Positions 26,360 to 39,300 of a stretch of DNA of 64,000 bases are shown here, in pieces. Source of the stretch: Felis catus (Eukaryota); the NCBI RefSeq assembly GCF_018350175.1, contig NC_058368.1:10850001-10914000 (forward strand). Reading direction: 5' to 3'. A program made the translations under genes and the position numbers. How positions within the stretch are numbered: position 1 is the stretch's first letter; every line of letters begins with the position of its first letter. The notes below the pieces were generated by a model, which was not told where the DNA came from, searched no databases, and worked only from the letters and a program-made list of their open reading frames with translations.

Positions 26360-27347
26360 TTCTAGGTTGCTTCTACCTCTGATTCCGTATAGTCTATTCT
26401 CAGTACAGGAGCCAGAGTTAACCTTTTAAAAACACAGATCAGAGCATCTTAGTTCTCTGCTCAACCCCGCAGCAGCTTCCCACTGCGCTCAGAGTAAATA
26501 CCAGAGTCTTCAAAGGCTTACAAACACCCACAGAAACAGTCCATCATCTCCTCCCTGACCTCACCCTCCAACCTTCTGCTCCTCACTCACCCTGCTCCAC
26601 CACACTTACCTCCTTACCGTGCTTTGCCTACAGCAGCATGGGTACAATTAAGAGCCTTGCACCAGCTGCCCTCTCTGCCCTGGACATCCTCCTGGCCAAC
26701 TCTTCTCACCTTCACTATCTGCTCAAATCCCGCCCCCCTCCATTTCACAGAAGTCTCATCCTGACCAACGGCAGCCCACACCCTCCCCAGCACTCCTGGT
26801 CCTTTTTACCCCACTTCACCTTTTCCTTTCTCATAGTATGGATCACCATCTAACAAACCGTATGTAGTAGACAAGGAGCAGCACAGCCCAGATCCCTCCA
26901 CCAGGACTGAAACGGTTTTTCTCCCAGCTGCTGGGAGTGTGGCCTGCTGAGAGCCTCTCCAGAAATTGCATTTGCTGATGAGAGCTGCCTGGACCAGAGT
27001 GATGCACCTTGCATTCAGTAATCGGTCAGAGTGTCCATACAACAGTCTGAGTCCCCTTGCCCAACGTGGGACACTCTGAAGGGTCACTGGAGCTTCAGAG
27101 CTCTCCACAGGGTAGGCTGAGACTTTGCTGTATCTACTTCACAGTCTGAATTATCCGTGGGCCCATTCCTGTTGCCTCGCTTCCCCACAGGCTTGATCCT
27201 GAGAGCACACATCTCCAGTGCACTGATCTCTGTTTCAATCTGCAACACCCTGTTTTACTTCCTAGTTACGCTTAGTATCATATCCCAAGCACCTTAACGG
27301 TCGGTGCCTGACACACACTGAACACTCCAATATTTCTCAAATGAATG
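26360..27347 (+). mobile_element. LINE-2 (L2a-like) 3' end, split by an LTR
   Basis: GCCAGAGTTAACCTTTTAAAAACACAGATCAGA...CTCAGAGTAAA; terminal GTGCCTGACACAC...AATGAATG. Confidence 0.75.
26863..27247 (+). mobile_element. Solo LTR, LTR16 (ERVL) family
   Basis: TG...CA ends; GCCCAGATCCC, CCCAGCTGCTGGGAGTG, GGGACACTCTGAAGGG and TTGATCCTGAGAGCAC match the remembered LTR16 consensus. Confidence 0.75.
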
Positions 27348-27486
27348 CTGCAATAGATATTTTCATCTGGTCAAGAAAATTCTGAAATCTTGAAAAATAG
27401 ATAAAAATCCCCTTTAGTTTTATAGAAATAAAATTTTATTCACTGAAATAAGTTGTCTGATACTAACCGAAACAGAGGTAGGAATA

Positions 27487-27489
<3 letters not shown>

Positions 27490-27574
<85 letters not shown>
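27490..27574. repeat. (TA)n(GA)n microsatellite
   Basis: direct reading. Confidence 0.97.
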
Positions 27575-27577
<3 letters not shown>

Positions 27578-28499
27578 CTAGACCTTATTTTAAGTTCAGT
27601 TTACGGAAAGAAAAATAAATCTTTTTTTTTGTTAATATGCTGATACCAACAGCTTTCTTCTTTCAAAGTGATCCCACACATCTATTTTCCCACATATATA
27701 AAAAAAATTCTGTTAAAACTCTATTACATATGTCTTTTACTTGGAGCATAATGTTAACAGTTTTATTCTTTATAATCTTTAAAATTATCCACATGATCTC
27801 TAAGTGTCTTCACATGCTTTGAAAATATTTCCTATTTGGACTGATTTCCCAGCTATACAATGTCTTTGAATTTTTTCTCTCTTTTCTTTTTACCAGTCCT
27901 CTTAAAATACGGGCATGAAATTTGACACGATACTGCAATCAGAGGTAAGCAACACTGAAAATATGTTCCTGGAATTCTAAAATATCTACAAAAGGTTAAT
28001 ATAATTCCTAATTGAAGACACATGTTAGGAGTTAAATTTTGATTTTCACTAACGTTACACTCATGAAGGATGACTTTGTATTAGACCACCTTCTGAGAAG
28101 AGCTAGAAAAGATCTTAGCCTTTTGAATTTTTAAACACATAAATATATATACATGTAAATTACTATATATTGATATGTTATATATTTGCGATTAATGTGT
28201 ATTAGTCATCAGTATATATATTCTTTTATACACTATATATATTCTGCATCGTATACAAATTCAATTTTATATGTATACAAATTATTATATAATAATGTTA
28301 TATGATTAATATATATTAGTCATTGTATATATATTCTATTATGCTACTATATATAGCCTACATTGTATATATATTCTAAAATCTATTTTTTTTCAGGAGG
28401 CTAAGATCGCAGAAAGAACAGAGCCCCCAGAGAAAACGGAAACACCTACAGAAGAGCCTCATACTCAACCATTTTTCTCACAACGCTCTTGCAAATCAC

Positions 28500-29745
28500 A
28501 ACTTGCATGAAACTGAGAGACCGAGCTCAGCAGAAGGCAACAGTTTGGCAGCTGGGGGGCAGAACAGAACTTTCAGCAATCATATGGTGCTGATTTTAAA
28601 GTCTGTATTTAGGGCGACCACAGCTGCCAAGTTTGAGGGGGCCAAGATTCCAAAGAGAATGAAGAATGTTAAGGTGAGTTTGATCTCCTGAAGCAGATTT
28701 CCTATAAATTCATGGGGTCCTGAGGTTGAAAAAACAGAAAAAGACAGTGGAAAGCTGAACAGGGCATTGGCAGTCTGGCAGCCCTGGGAAATCGAAAAAT
28801 TACATATTGGAACCCACCAAGAAGGAGGAGCCCTGGTAATGCACCTCAGACTTCCGAGACTGCAGAAGGGCTATTTTCCAGAGAAAGGGCAAACGTGAAA
28901 AGGAAAACTCCTCTCCACACTTAACTGTAGCTTTACATCAACTCAGCAGGGTAGTCTGCCTTAACTAAATGCCTGTCAGAAACAAAAGTAAACTCTGAAG
29001 AATGTAACACCATGCAAAGCCTCAAATTACTTTGATGATGCTTTAGATTCAGTCAACATTCTTTACATTCAATAAATTACCATGCATGCTGGAAGGCAGA
29101 AATAAAGGAGCAAAATCTAAAGGAAAAAAAAATATGGACAACAGAATAGACCCAAAGGTAATCAGGATACTGAAGCACTGTAATGTGGACTCGAAAGTAA
29201 CTGTGAATATGTTCAAGAAAATTGATAACAAGATGGAAAATTTCTTCAGAGAATGGAAATATTTAATAAAAATCGATGGTAAATTCTAGACTTGAAACAG
29301 TCAACAAACTAATTTGAAAGCAGATTTGACAGAGCAGAAGAGAGGCTTAGTTCACTGGAACATATCCAAACCCAAGCATGGTGAGATGAGAATAGAACCT
29401 AAGAAGTAAATGGGACATGGTAGAAAAATGTAACATGAATCAAATTCCCAAAAATAGAGGATAAAGAGAATAGGGAAAGAGGCAATGTTCAAAGGCATTA
29501 TGATTTAGAATTTTACAAAAGTGATAAAGGTATAAAGTGACTTATTGAAGAACAGCACTGAATTGTGAGCAGAAAAAAAAAATCAAATAAATGCGTATCT
29601 ATCTGTCAAAAATTTTAAATGTACCTTCTCTTTCATTCAGCAATTTCACTTCTCAGAAGTATCCTAAAGATATAATTGCAGTTTAGAGACAGAATACGTG
29701 AAGGAAGATACCCATTGCCACATTGTTAATTTTTTAAGTGTTTAT

Positions 29746-29783
<38 letters not shown>

Positions 29784-30060
29784 AGGGAGAGAGTGAGGGA
29801 GCAAAGGAGGTGCAGAGAGAAGGATAGAGAGAGAATCCCAATGAGGCTGCACACTACCAGCACATGTTGAAGAACAGTATATCTCTTGGCAAAAAAAAAA
29901 AAATCTTGTATGATTGAAATATCTTTTGAAGGATACACAAATCACAATTATTTCCTCCAAGGTAGGTAATTGGGTGATAGGGTCATTTTTCTTACACACC
30001 ATTGCAAGCCTTTAAGTTTTGTAGCTATATTTGTATTATTCATTCATTAAAATTACTTCT
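28500..30060 (+). mobile_element. Old L1 (L1ME-like) 5'/ORF1 remnant followed by a 3' remnant
   Basis: ORF1-like DPKVIRILK...NMFKKIDNKMENFFRE (29086-29289); 3' motif CAGCAATTTCACTTCT...TATCCTAAAG. Confidence 0.6.
29726..29863 (-). mobile_element. 5'-truncated Can-SINE
   Basis: TTTATTTTGAGAGAGA...GAGAGAATCCCAA...CAGCAC on the + strand. Confidence 0.85.
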
Positions 30061-31732
30061 ACAAAAAAGAACAATTATCATGTAAAGAGATTTCAAATAA
30101 GTAAATAAGCAAGCCAGCAGTCAGCCAAAGTATTTTTATGTTTATACCCCAAGAATTGAGATTCTCTACCTAACAACTGATAAATAAGTGTGAAAGTGGT
30201 GAGCAAGACCTCATGATGTTAGGTCTTAAAAATCGTGTTGAGGTTGCCGAAATTGACTCTGTGTACATTGAGTGACTTTACATTGAGAAGAGAATTTTCA
30301 CTTTGGTAAAGAATGAATTAGATCAGAAAAATGTGGAAGGGAATCAATTAGAGGTTGTTGCAATAACCCAGGTTTGCATTAGGCTCTGACAATAGAAGAT
30401 GGGACAGATAAACTGATGAGTTTAACTTTTATGTTTTATGTAATTATGTGAGCCAGTGTGTGAGTGTCAAAAATAGCAAATTATCTGGATCGTATATCAT
30501 ACTTTTTGGCAAAACCACATCTCTATGTTCCTAACAATCATTTTATCTCATGACAGACAAGCCAGTCATATTTCAGAAAGCATTTTTTCCCTTTCAGCTT
30601 ATTATAATCTGTGTTGCTGATTATTATGATAATTAGTTTCCCAGAATCACCTTACATTTACAATATAATTTGAAAGACTAAATGCTCTCATATTTGTCCA
30701 AGAAATATGTAAGTAATATGATTCTATGGATGTTGCTTATCTCCTAGGAAACCACCATAGTCAAGGGAAATATTGACTGAGATAAATGCTATCTTAGAAG
30801 GTTAAAATACTCTAGTCAGAGACACTGAAATAAGATAAAACAATATTTTCATAAATCAATACTCTTCGTACTCAGAGCTTCTCAAGGATATAGTGCCTGT
30901 TAGGCTTTGCGTGGCTTTAAAAGTAAATATCTTGATTTTCATTTCCCCCCATTCTTTGGGCTCTACCGGTGTAGTCTCTTGGTTCTCAAAAAAAAAGAAA
31001 AGCTTTATTGAAGAATTAAAAGTTCTTAAAAGAAAACCTTTGAAAGCCACATTTGCCTTCATTTAAAAAAAAGGCAAAGGCTAAGATATATTGAAGACAA
31101 ATATCCCCTAGTGATGTGACCATGTGACAGAGGAATATGTTGAAGTATCTCCTCACAGTATTTTTTAAATGTTTTAGGAAGAAATATACTTGCTTTACAA
31201 GTGGTATTACCAAGATTAGGATAAGAAATATCTCCACATTTACATGAAGCTGAACAGGAAGTTCTATCTCTATCAAATTGCAGACAATGCCTTAATCAGA
31301 ACCACAGCAAAGAGAAGTGACAGAAAACTAAGAAACAGAATATGTTGACTTATTTCTATCAGATTAACACAGGTTCATGACTTATTTCTAACTTGGTAGA
31401 GTTTTTTTTTTTTTTTTTTGGTAAATGTTTTGTGTGTGGTTTTCTTCTGAAAGATAAAAATGACATTTCCTTTATTTTTTGTTTTTTAGAATTCATATTA
31501 GTTTACATTAGCTACTATCACAAATGAGTCTTAAAATATCTTTTGGCCTAGTATGGAAGAAATTCACTTATGAGAATTTCCAAAATGAAATGTTATTCTT
31601 CTCCAAGCATTGATTTAGGGACCTGGGATCCTTTTATCTACTTTTGTGCTCATACTTAACACACAGATTCCAGGATTGCTGTGCTTACCTGCATCAAAGA
31701 GGTTGACAGGAAAAGAACATAGAGGAATATGA

Positions 31733-31734
<2 letters not shown>

Positions 31735-31779
<45 letters not shown>

Positions 31780-31782
31780 CAC
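31735..31782. repeat. (CA)n microsatellite
   Basis: direct reading. Confidence 0.97.
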
Positions 31783-34700
31783 TCAATTAACGTAGTGTAT
31801 CACGTTTATTGATTTGAATATGTTGAAATATCCTTGTTTCCAAGGGATAAATTTCACTTGATCTTGGTGAATGATCCTTTTAATGTGTTGCTGCTGAAGT
31901 GTGTTTGTATGTTGTTGGGAAGTTTTATATCTATATTTATCTGAAACATTTGGCTGTAGTTCTTTTTTTTTTTTTTTTTTTTTTTGAGTGTCCTTATCTA
32001 ACTTTGGTATCAGGGTAATCTGCCTCACAAAATATGCTTGAGAGTAGTCCCTTCTCTTAAATATCTTGGAAGGGTTTGAGAAGGATTGGCCTTAAATGTT
32101 TATTAGAATTCACCAGTGAAACCATGTGGTTCTGGGCTTTTCTTTGGTAGGAGGTTTAGTCATAAGCAGTCTGTTTGGAATTTCTACTTCATGAATTAGT
32201 CTTGCTAAGGTGTATATTTATAGGAATTTATCCATTTCTTCTAGGTTATTCAACTTATTGGCATATATAGGCCCATAATAATCTCTGATGATACTATGTA
32301 TTTCTGTGAAGTCTGTTATAATATCTCATCTTTCATTTACAATTTTGAGTTCTTTTTCTTTTGTTTTTGGTTAGTCTAGCTATTAATTTACCTTTTCAAA
32401 AACCAACTGTTTGTTTTTCTATTGTCTTTCTAGTCTCTATTTCTTCTGTAATTTTTATTATTTCCCTTCTCTTGCTAACTTGGGCTTAGTCTTTTTCCAG
32501 TTCCATGGGATGTAAAGTTATGTTATTTGAGATCTTTTTTTCTTAATGTAGGTGTTTATCACTAAAACTTCTCTCTTAGAACTATTTTTGTCGAATCCTA
32601 TTAATTTTTTGCCTGTTATTTTCATTTTTGTCTCAAAATATTTTTTTATTTCTTTTGTGTTTCACCCATTGGTATGTCCAGGAGTATGTTTAATTTCCAC
32701 AGATTTGTCATTTTTTCCATTTTCCTCCTGCTAGTAATAGCTGGTTTCATATCATTGTGGCCAGAAGAGATACTAGATATGATTTCAATCTTCTTAAATT
32801 TGCTTAGGCTTGCATTGTGTCCCTACATATGACACATCCTAGAGAATGATCAATGTGTGCTTGAGAAGAATGCATATTCTGATACTGTTAAATGGAATGT
32901 TCTGTATACGTCTATTAGGTTCATTTGGTCTATAGTGTTATTCAGCTCCATTGTTTCCTTATTAATTTTCTCTCTGGTTGATCTATCCAATGTTGCAAGT
33001 GGAATACTGAAGTACCCTATTATTATACTGCTGCCTATTTCTCCTTTCAGTTCTATTTATATTTGTTTTAAATATGTGTTTTAATATTGGGTGCATATAT
33101 ATTTACAATCATTATAGCTTCTTAATGAATCGGCCCCTTTATCACTGTATAGTGTCTGTCTCTTATGACAGATAATGACTAAAAGTCTACTTTAATGTTA
33201 AGTATGGCTACTTCTGCTCTCTTTTGGTTACCATGAACATGGAATATCTTTTTCATCCCTATACTTTCAATCCATGTGTGTCCTTAAGGCTAAATTGAGT
33301 CTTGTGTTCAGTACATCACCAGATCTTGTTTTACTATCCATTCAATCATTTTGTGACTTTGATTAGAAAATTTAGTCCACTTGCATTTAAAACAATTATT
33401 GATTGGTAAGGACTCGGTACTGCCATTTAGTTCATTGTTTTCTGCTTTTTTGTTTCGTTTTATTTTATTTTTAGTTCTTTTGCTTCTTTCTCTCCTCTAT
33501 TTTCCTTTGAGGTCTATTTTTAAAGCAATGTGCTTTAATTGCTTTCTCCTCATCTTTTGTGTAACTATCATAGGTTTTTTCTTTGTAGTTACCATGTGTT
33601 TCCATAAAACATCTTGTAGATATAAGTCTCTTTTAAGCTGATAACAGCTTACCTTCAATCACACATAGAAACTTGACATTTTTACTTCTCTCTACACATT
33701 TTATGCTATTATGTCATACTTCACATCATTTTATTGTGCATCCTTTACAAATTATTTTAGCTATAGTTATTTTATTTTATTTGTTTAACTTTTATACTAG
33801 AGATAAAAGTGACTTACATACCACCATTATGGTATTAGGGTATTCTGAATTTGGCTATATATTTTTATTTACCAATGAGATTTATACTTTTGCATATTTT
33901 CATGTTGCTTCCTAGTGTTCCTTTATTTCAACTTGAAGAACAACCCTTAGCAATTTTTTTTTTTTTGGTAAGGCAGGTATTGTGGTGATGAATTCCTTTA
34001 GCTTTTGTTTATCTGGGAATATCTTTATTTGTCCCTTTTTTTCTGAAGGACAGTTTTGCTGGGCATAGAAATTTTGGTGGCAGTTTTTTGTCCTTTACCA
34101 GGATGAATATCTCATCCCATTCCCTACTGTCCTGCAAGTTTTCAGCAAAGTGATCTGTTAGCCTTGGGGGTGGGGGACTTCCTTTGTATATGGTGACTAA
34201 TTTTTCTCTTGCTGCTTTAAAAAATCTCTCCTTGTCTTTGACTTTTAATTTTTTTTATTATAAAATGCCTCAAAGTAATCTTCTTTGGGTTGATCTAAAG
34301 TCCTTTGAGTTTCCTAGATATTAATATCCTGGATGTCCTTATCTCTACCAAGATATGGGAAGTTTTCAGCTATTATATCTTTAAATAATCTTTCTTTTCC
34401 TTTCTCTCTCTCTATTCTCCTTCTGATATCTCATTATGGGAAAGTTTATTCACTTGATAACTCATAATTCACACAAGCTTTCTTCATTTTTGTTCATTCT
34501 CTTTTCTTTTTGTCCTCTAACTGGAAAATTTCAAATGTTGTTTTGAGTTCACTGATTCTTTGTCTTCATGATCAAGTCTGTTATTGAAGCTCGCTACTGA
34601 ATTTTTCAGTTCTATCATTGTATTCACCAGCTCTAGGATTTCTGTTTGATTCATTTTTATGGTTTCTATTTCTTTATTAAATTCATTTTGATCATGAATT

Positions 34701-36340
34701 GATTTTCTTATTTTGTTTAGTTGTCTACCTCTATTCTCTTGTATTTCATTTAGTTTCTTTAAGATGATTATTTTAATTCTTTGTCAGGCAAATAGTAAAT
34801 CTCCATTTCTTTGAAGTTGGTTACACATGCTTTCTTAATTTCCTTTGGTGGTGTCATATTTGTCTGATTCTTCATGATTCATATAGCCTTATGCTGGTGT
34901 CTGTGCATTTGAGAGAAAACTCCTCTCCCAATCTTTACAGACTAGTTTCAGTAGATAAAGACTTTTTTCCTGTTTGTTCCCAGGGTTATGGGATTACCTC
35001 TGGCATTGCAGTTATGTTGGGTTGGATCTGGTTATGAGGCTGTTACTGGGTCTGCAGTAGAGTCTGTAGTTAGCAGCTTTGTTACTAGGGGCTTAGGTGG
35101 TCATGGACCCTGTCTGGTCTCTGGGTGGACAGACTGACTCCAGCAGCTTGCTTAATGGGGTGGTACTGGGACAAGAGTCCATCTCAGGATCCACAGTTGA
35201 ATCTTCAGGCAGCCTATTATCAGGTACATGGCAGGTGTGGCTCCTGCCAGATCACTGGAAGGGCAGTTGCCTAGTAACCAAGTTGCCTAGCAGCCAGATG
35301 GATCCTTGGGTGGGCAGGACTGATCCTGGACCATGGCTGAGAGAGGCCAGAATCAAGCTCCAAATCAGTTTCAGGTTCCCAGTCAATCTTCAAGATTGAG
35401 GTCCACAAACCTGTCTGTGGACACACATCTGGGCCTGCCTCGCACCTTGTCCCCAGGTGGGATAGACTGGTCCCTGACCATTACTGGAGGGTCCAGAGCT
35501 AAGTAAAGAGCCCTTTTAAGATCTCCTGAGGCACAGGTGTGAGTGTCTCCTGTGTGGTTCCTGTGCCAGAAAATCTTCTTATGGACTGTAGCTGGGAAAG
35601 CCTGGAACCAACTATAGTCCCTTTCAGGACCTCCAATTATGCAGATAGGGTGTCTCCCACTCATGACCTGGGCCATCAGGGAACCGTGGACTGTGTTTGA
35701 GAGGGGCTGGAACCAAATACAAGGCACCTTTAGGATCTCCAAGAACACAGGAATGTTTCCTACTAGGTCCCAGGGCTGGCAGGTCGGTTGGTAGATTACA
35801 GCTGTAGTATGGTTGAAGCCAAGTACAGGACCCTTCAGGATATTCATGGGTGCATCCAGGAGTACCTCCTGCTGGGTCCCTGTGGTTGAGAGGCACTGGA
35901 GTCCAGTACAGGGCCCTTTCAAAAATCTCTGGGGTTGCAGATGAGAATGTTTCCGCTGAGACCCTGGATCCTCAGGACTGCTAGAAGACTGTGGCTGTGA
36001 GGGAGTTGGAGCTGCATATAGGGCCCTCTCAGGATCTCTAGAGATATAGATGGGAGTATGTCCTTCAGGGTCCCTGTTCCAGCAAGACTATGGAGTGTGG
36101 CTTGGTTGGGCTGGAGCCAAGTTACAGGCTCTTTTAGAATCTACAGTCTGACTGAATTTGGTCTTGCCTAGGTCCAAAAGGGGCTAATGCTGATTTATGG
36201 CTACATCTAGGTTCATAGTCAAGACTAAGGTCTATATGTCTTTTCCTCAACACACAGCTAGGTATGACTCTTCCCTAGTTCCTTGGCATATGGCACTGGT
36301 CTCAGACCCAAAGCCAAATAGAGCTATAGCAAAAACCACA
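31783..36340 (-). mobile_element. L1 5' portion (repetitive 5'UTR, ORF1, ORF2 EN to early RT); 3' half missing
   Basis: T-rich + strand; minus ORF 31783-32028 reads ITLIPKLDKD...[20 protein letters not shown]1-like sequence at 33930-34900. Confidence 0.88.
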
Positions 36341-39300
36341 AAGGACCAAAGAACATCACCACAAACATGAAATCTACAGAATGGCACTGAATTCATATCT
36401 TTCAATAATCACTTTGAATGTAAATGGACTAAATGCCCCAATCAAAAGACATAAGGTATCAGAATATATATTAAAAAAATATATATTAAAAATATATATT
36501 AAAAATATAATATATATATATAATATATATAAAAAATATATATTAAAAATATATATTAATACTGAATTCATATCTTTCAATAATCACTTTGAATGTAAAT
36601 GGACTAAATGCCCCAATCAAAAGACATAAGGTATCAGAATATATATTAAAAAACATATATATTAAAAATATATATTAAAAATATAATATATATATAATAT
36701 ATATAAAAATATATATTAAAAATATATATTAAAAAAAAACATGATCCATCTATATGCTGCCTATAAGAGACTCATTTTAGACCTGAGGACACCCGTAGAT
36801 TGAAAGTGAAGGGGATGGAGAACTGTCTATCATGCTAATGGATGTCAAAAGAAAGCCTAAGTAGCCATACTTATATCAGACAAACTAGATTTTAAACTAA
36901 AGACTGTAACAAGAGACAAAGGGAATTATATCATAATTAAGGAGTCTATCCATCAAGAACTAATAATTATAAACATTTATGTCTCCAAAGTGGAAACACC
37001 CAAATATATAACTCAATCACAAACATAAGCAAACTTACTGATAATAATACTGTAATTGTAGGAGACTTTAATTCTCTGCTTACAGGAATGGACAGATCAT
37101 CTAGGCAGAAAATCAACAAGGAAACAATGGCTCTGAATGACACACTGAACCAGGTGGACTTAACAGGTAAGTTCAGAACATTTCATCCTAAAGCAGTGGA
37201 TACACACTCTTCTCAAATCCACGTGGGACAGTCTCCAAAATAAATCACATACTGGGTCACAAAACATCCCTCAACATGTACAAAAATATTGAGATCATAC
37301 CATGCATGTTTTCAGATCACATTATGAAACTTGAAATCAACCACAAGAAAAAATTTGGAAAGCCCTCAAATAATGGAGGTTAAAGAATATCTTATTAATG
37401 AATACATGGGTTAACCAGGAAAATGAAGCAATTAAAAAATATATGGAAGCAAATAAAAATGAAAACACAACAGTCCAAACCCTTTGAGATGCAGCAAAGT
37501 CAGTCCTAAGAGGAAAATACATTGCAATTCAGGCCTATCTCAAACACCAGGAAAGGTCCTAAATATAAAACCTAACCTTATACCTAAAAGAGATATAAAA
37601 GGAGCAGCAAATAAAGCACAAACTCAGCAGAAGAAAGGAAGTAATAATTAGAGCAGAAACAAACAATATTGAATACAAGAAAAATAAAAATAAAAGAGTA
37701 GAACAGATCAATGAAACTGAGAGCTGGTTTTTTGAAAGATTAAACAAAGTTTTTAACCCCCTAGCCAGACTTCTCAAAAACAAAAGACAGAGGACCCAAA
37801 TAGATAAAATCACAAACGAAAGATGAGACATCACAACCAACACCACAGAAATACAAACAATTATAAGAGAATACTATGAAAAATTACATGCCAACAAACC
37901 AGGAAATCTGGAAGAAATGGACCAATTCCTAGAAACTCAAACACTAACATAATTGAAACAGGAAGAAATAGAAAATTTGAACAGGCCCATAACCAGCAAA
38001 GAAATTGAATCAGTTATGAAAAACCTCCCAACAAACAAGAGTCTTAGGCCAGATGACTTCCCAGGGGAATTCTACCAAGCATTTAAAGAAGACTTGATAC
38101 CTATTCTTCTCAAACTATTCCAAACAGTACAAATGGAAGGAAAGCTTGCAAACTCATTCTCTGAAGCCACATTACCTTGATTCGAAAACCAGACAAAGAC
38201 CCTGCTATAAAAGAGAATTATAGGTCAATATCCCCAATGAAACTGAATGCAAAAATTCTCAACAAACTAGCCAACCAGATTCAATGATACATTAAATGAA
38301 TTATTAACCACAATCAAGTGGGATTTATTCCTGGGCTGCCGGGGTACTTCAATATAGACAAATCAATCAGCATGATACATCACATTAATAAAAGAAAGGA
38401 TAAGAACCACATGATCCTCTCAATAGATGCAGAAAAGGCATTTGACAAAAATCCACCATCCTTTATTGATAAAAAACCCTCAAGAATGTAGGGATAGAAA
38501 GAACATAAAAGCCAAATAAGGAAGACCCACAGATAATATTATCCTCAATGGGGAAAAGCTGAGAGCTTTCCCCTTAAGGTCAGGAACATGATAGGGATGT
38601 CCATTCTCACCACTATTGTTTAACATAGTGTTAGAAGTCCTAGCTTCTGCAATCAGACAACAAAAAGAAATAAAAGATATCTAAATTGGCAAAGAAGAAG
38701 TCAAACTTTAATTCTTCACAGACAACATGATACTCTATATGGAAAGCCTGAAAGACTCTACCAAAAAACTGCTAGAGCTGAACCATGAATTCAGCAAAGT
38801 TGGAGGATATAAAATCAATGTACAGTAATTGGTTGCATTTCTATACATCAATAATGAAGCAACAGAAAGAGATATCAAGGAATCAATCCTATTTACAAGT
38901 GCACCCAAAACCATAAAATACCTAGGAATAAACATAGCAAAGAGGTAAAAGATCTGTATGCTGAAAACTATAGAAAGCTTATGAAAGAAACTGAAGACGA
39001 CACAAAGAAATGGAAAAACATTCTATGCTCATGGATTGAAAGAATAAATATTGTTAAAATGTTAATACTACCCAAATCAATCTACACATTCAGTGCAATC
39101 CCTACCAAAATAACACCAGCATTCTTCATAGAGCTAGTAAAAACAATCCTAAACTTTGTATGGAATCACAAAAGACCCTGAATAGCCAAAGTCCTGTTGA
39201 AAAAGAAAGCCAAAGTTGGAGGTATCACAATACTGGACTTCAATCTGTATTACAAAGCTATAATCATCAAGACAGTATGATATTGGCATAAAAACAAACA

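Noticed and set aside
35097..36150. Spaced repeats as a CRISPR-like array, and ORFs 35097-35399 and 35383-35922
   Set aside because: Degenerate tandem units in a eukaryotic L1 5'UTR, with no invariant repeats, unique spacers or cas genes
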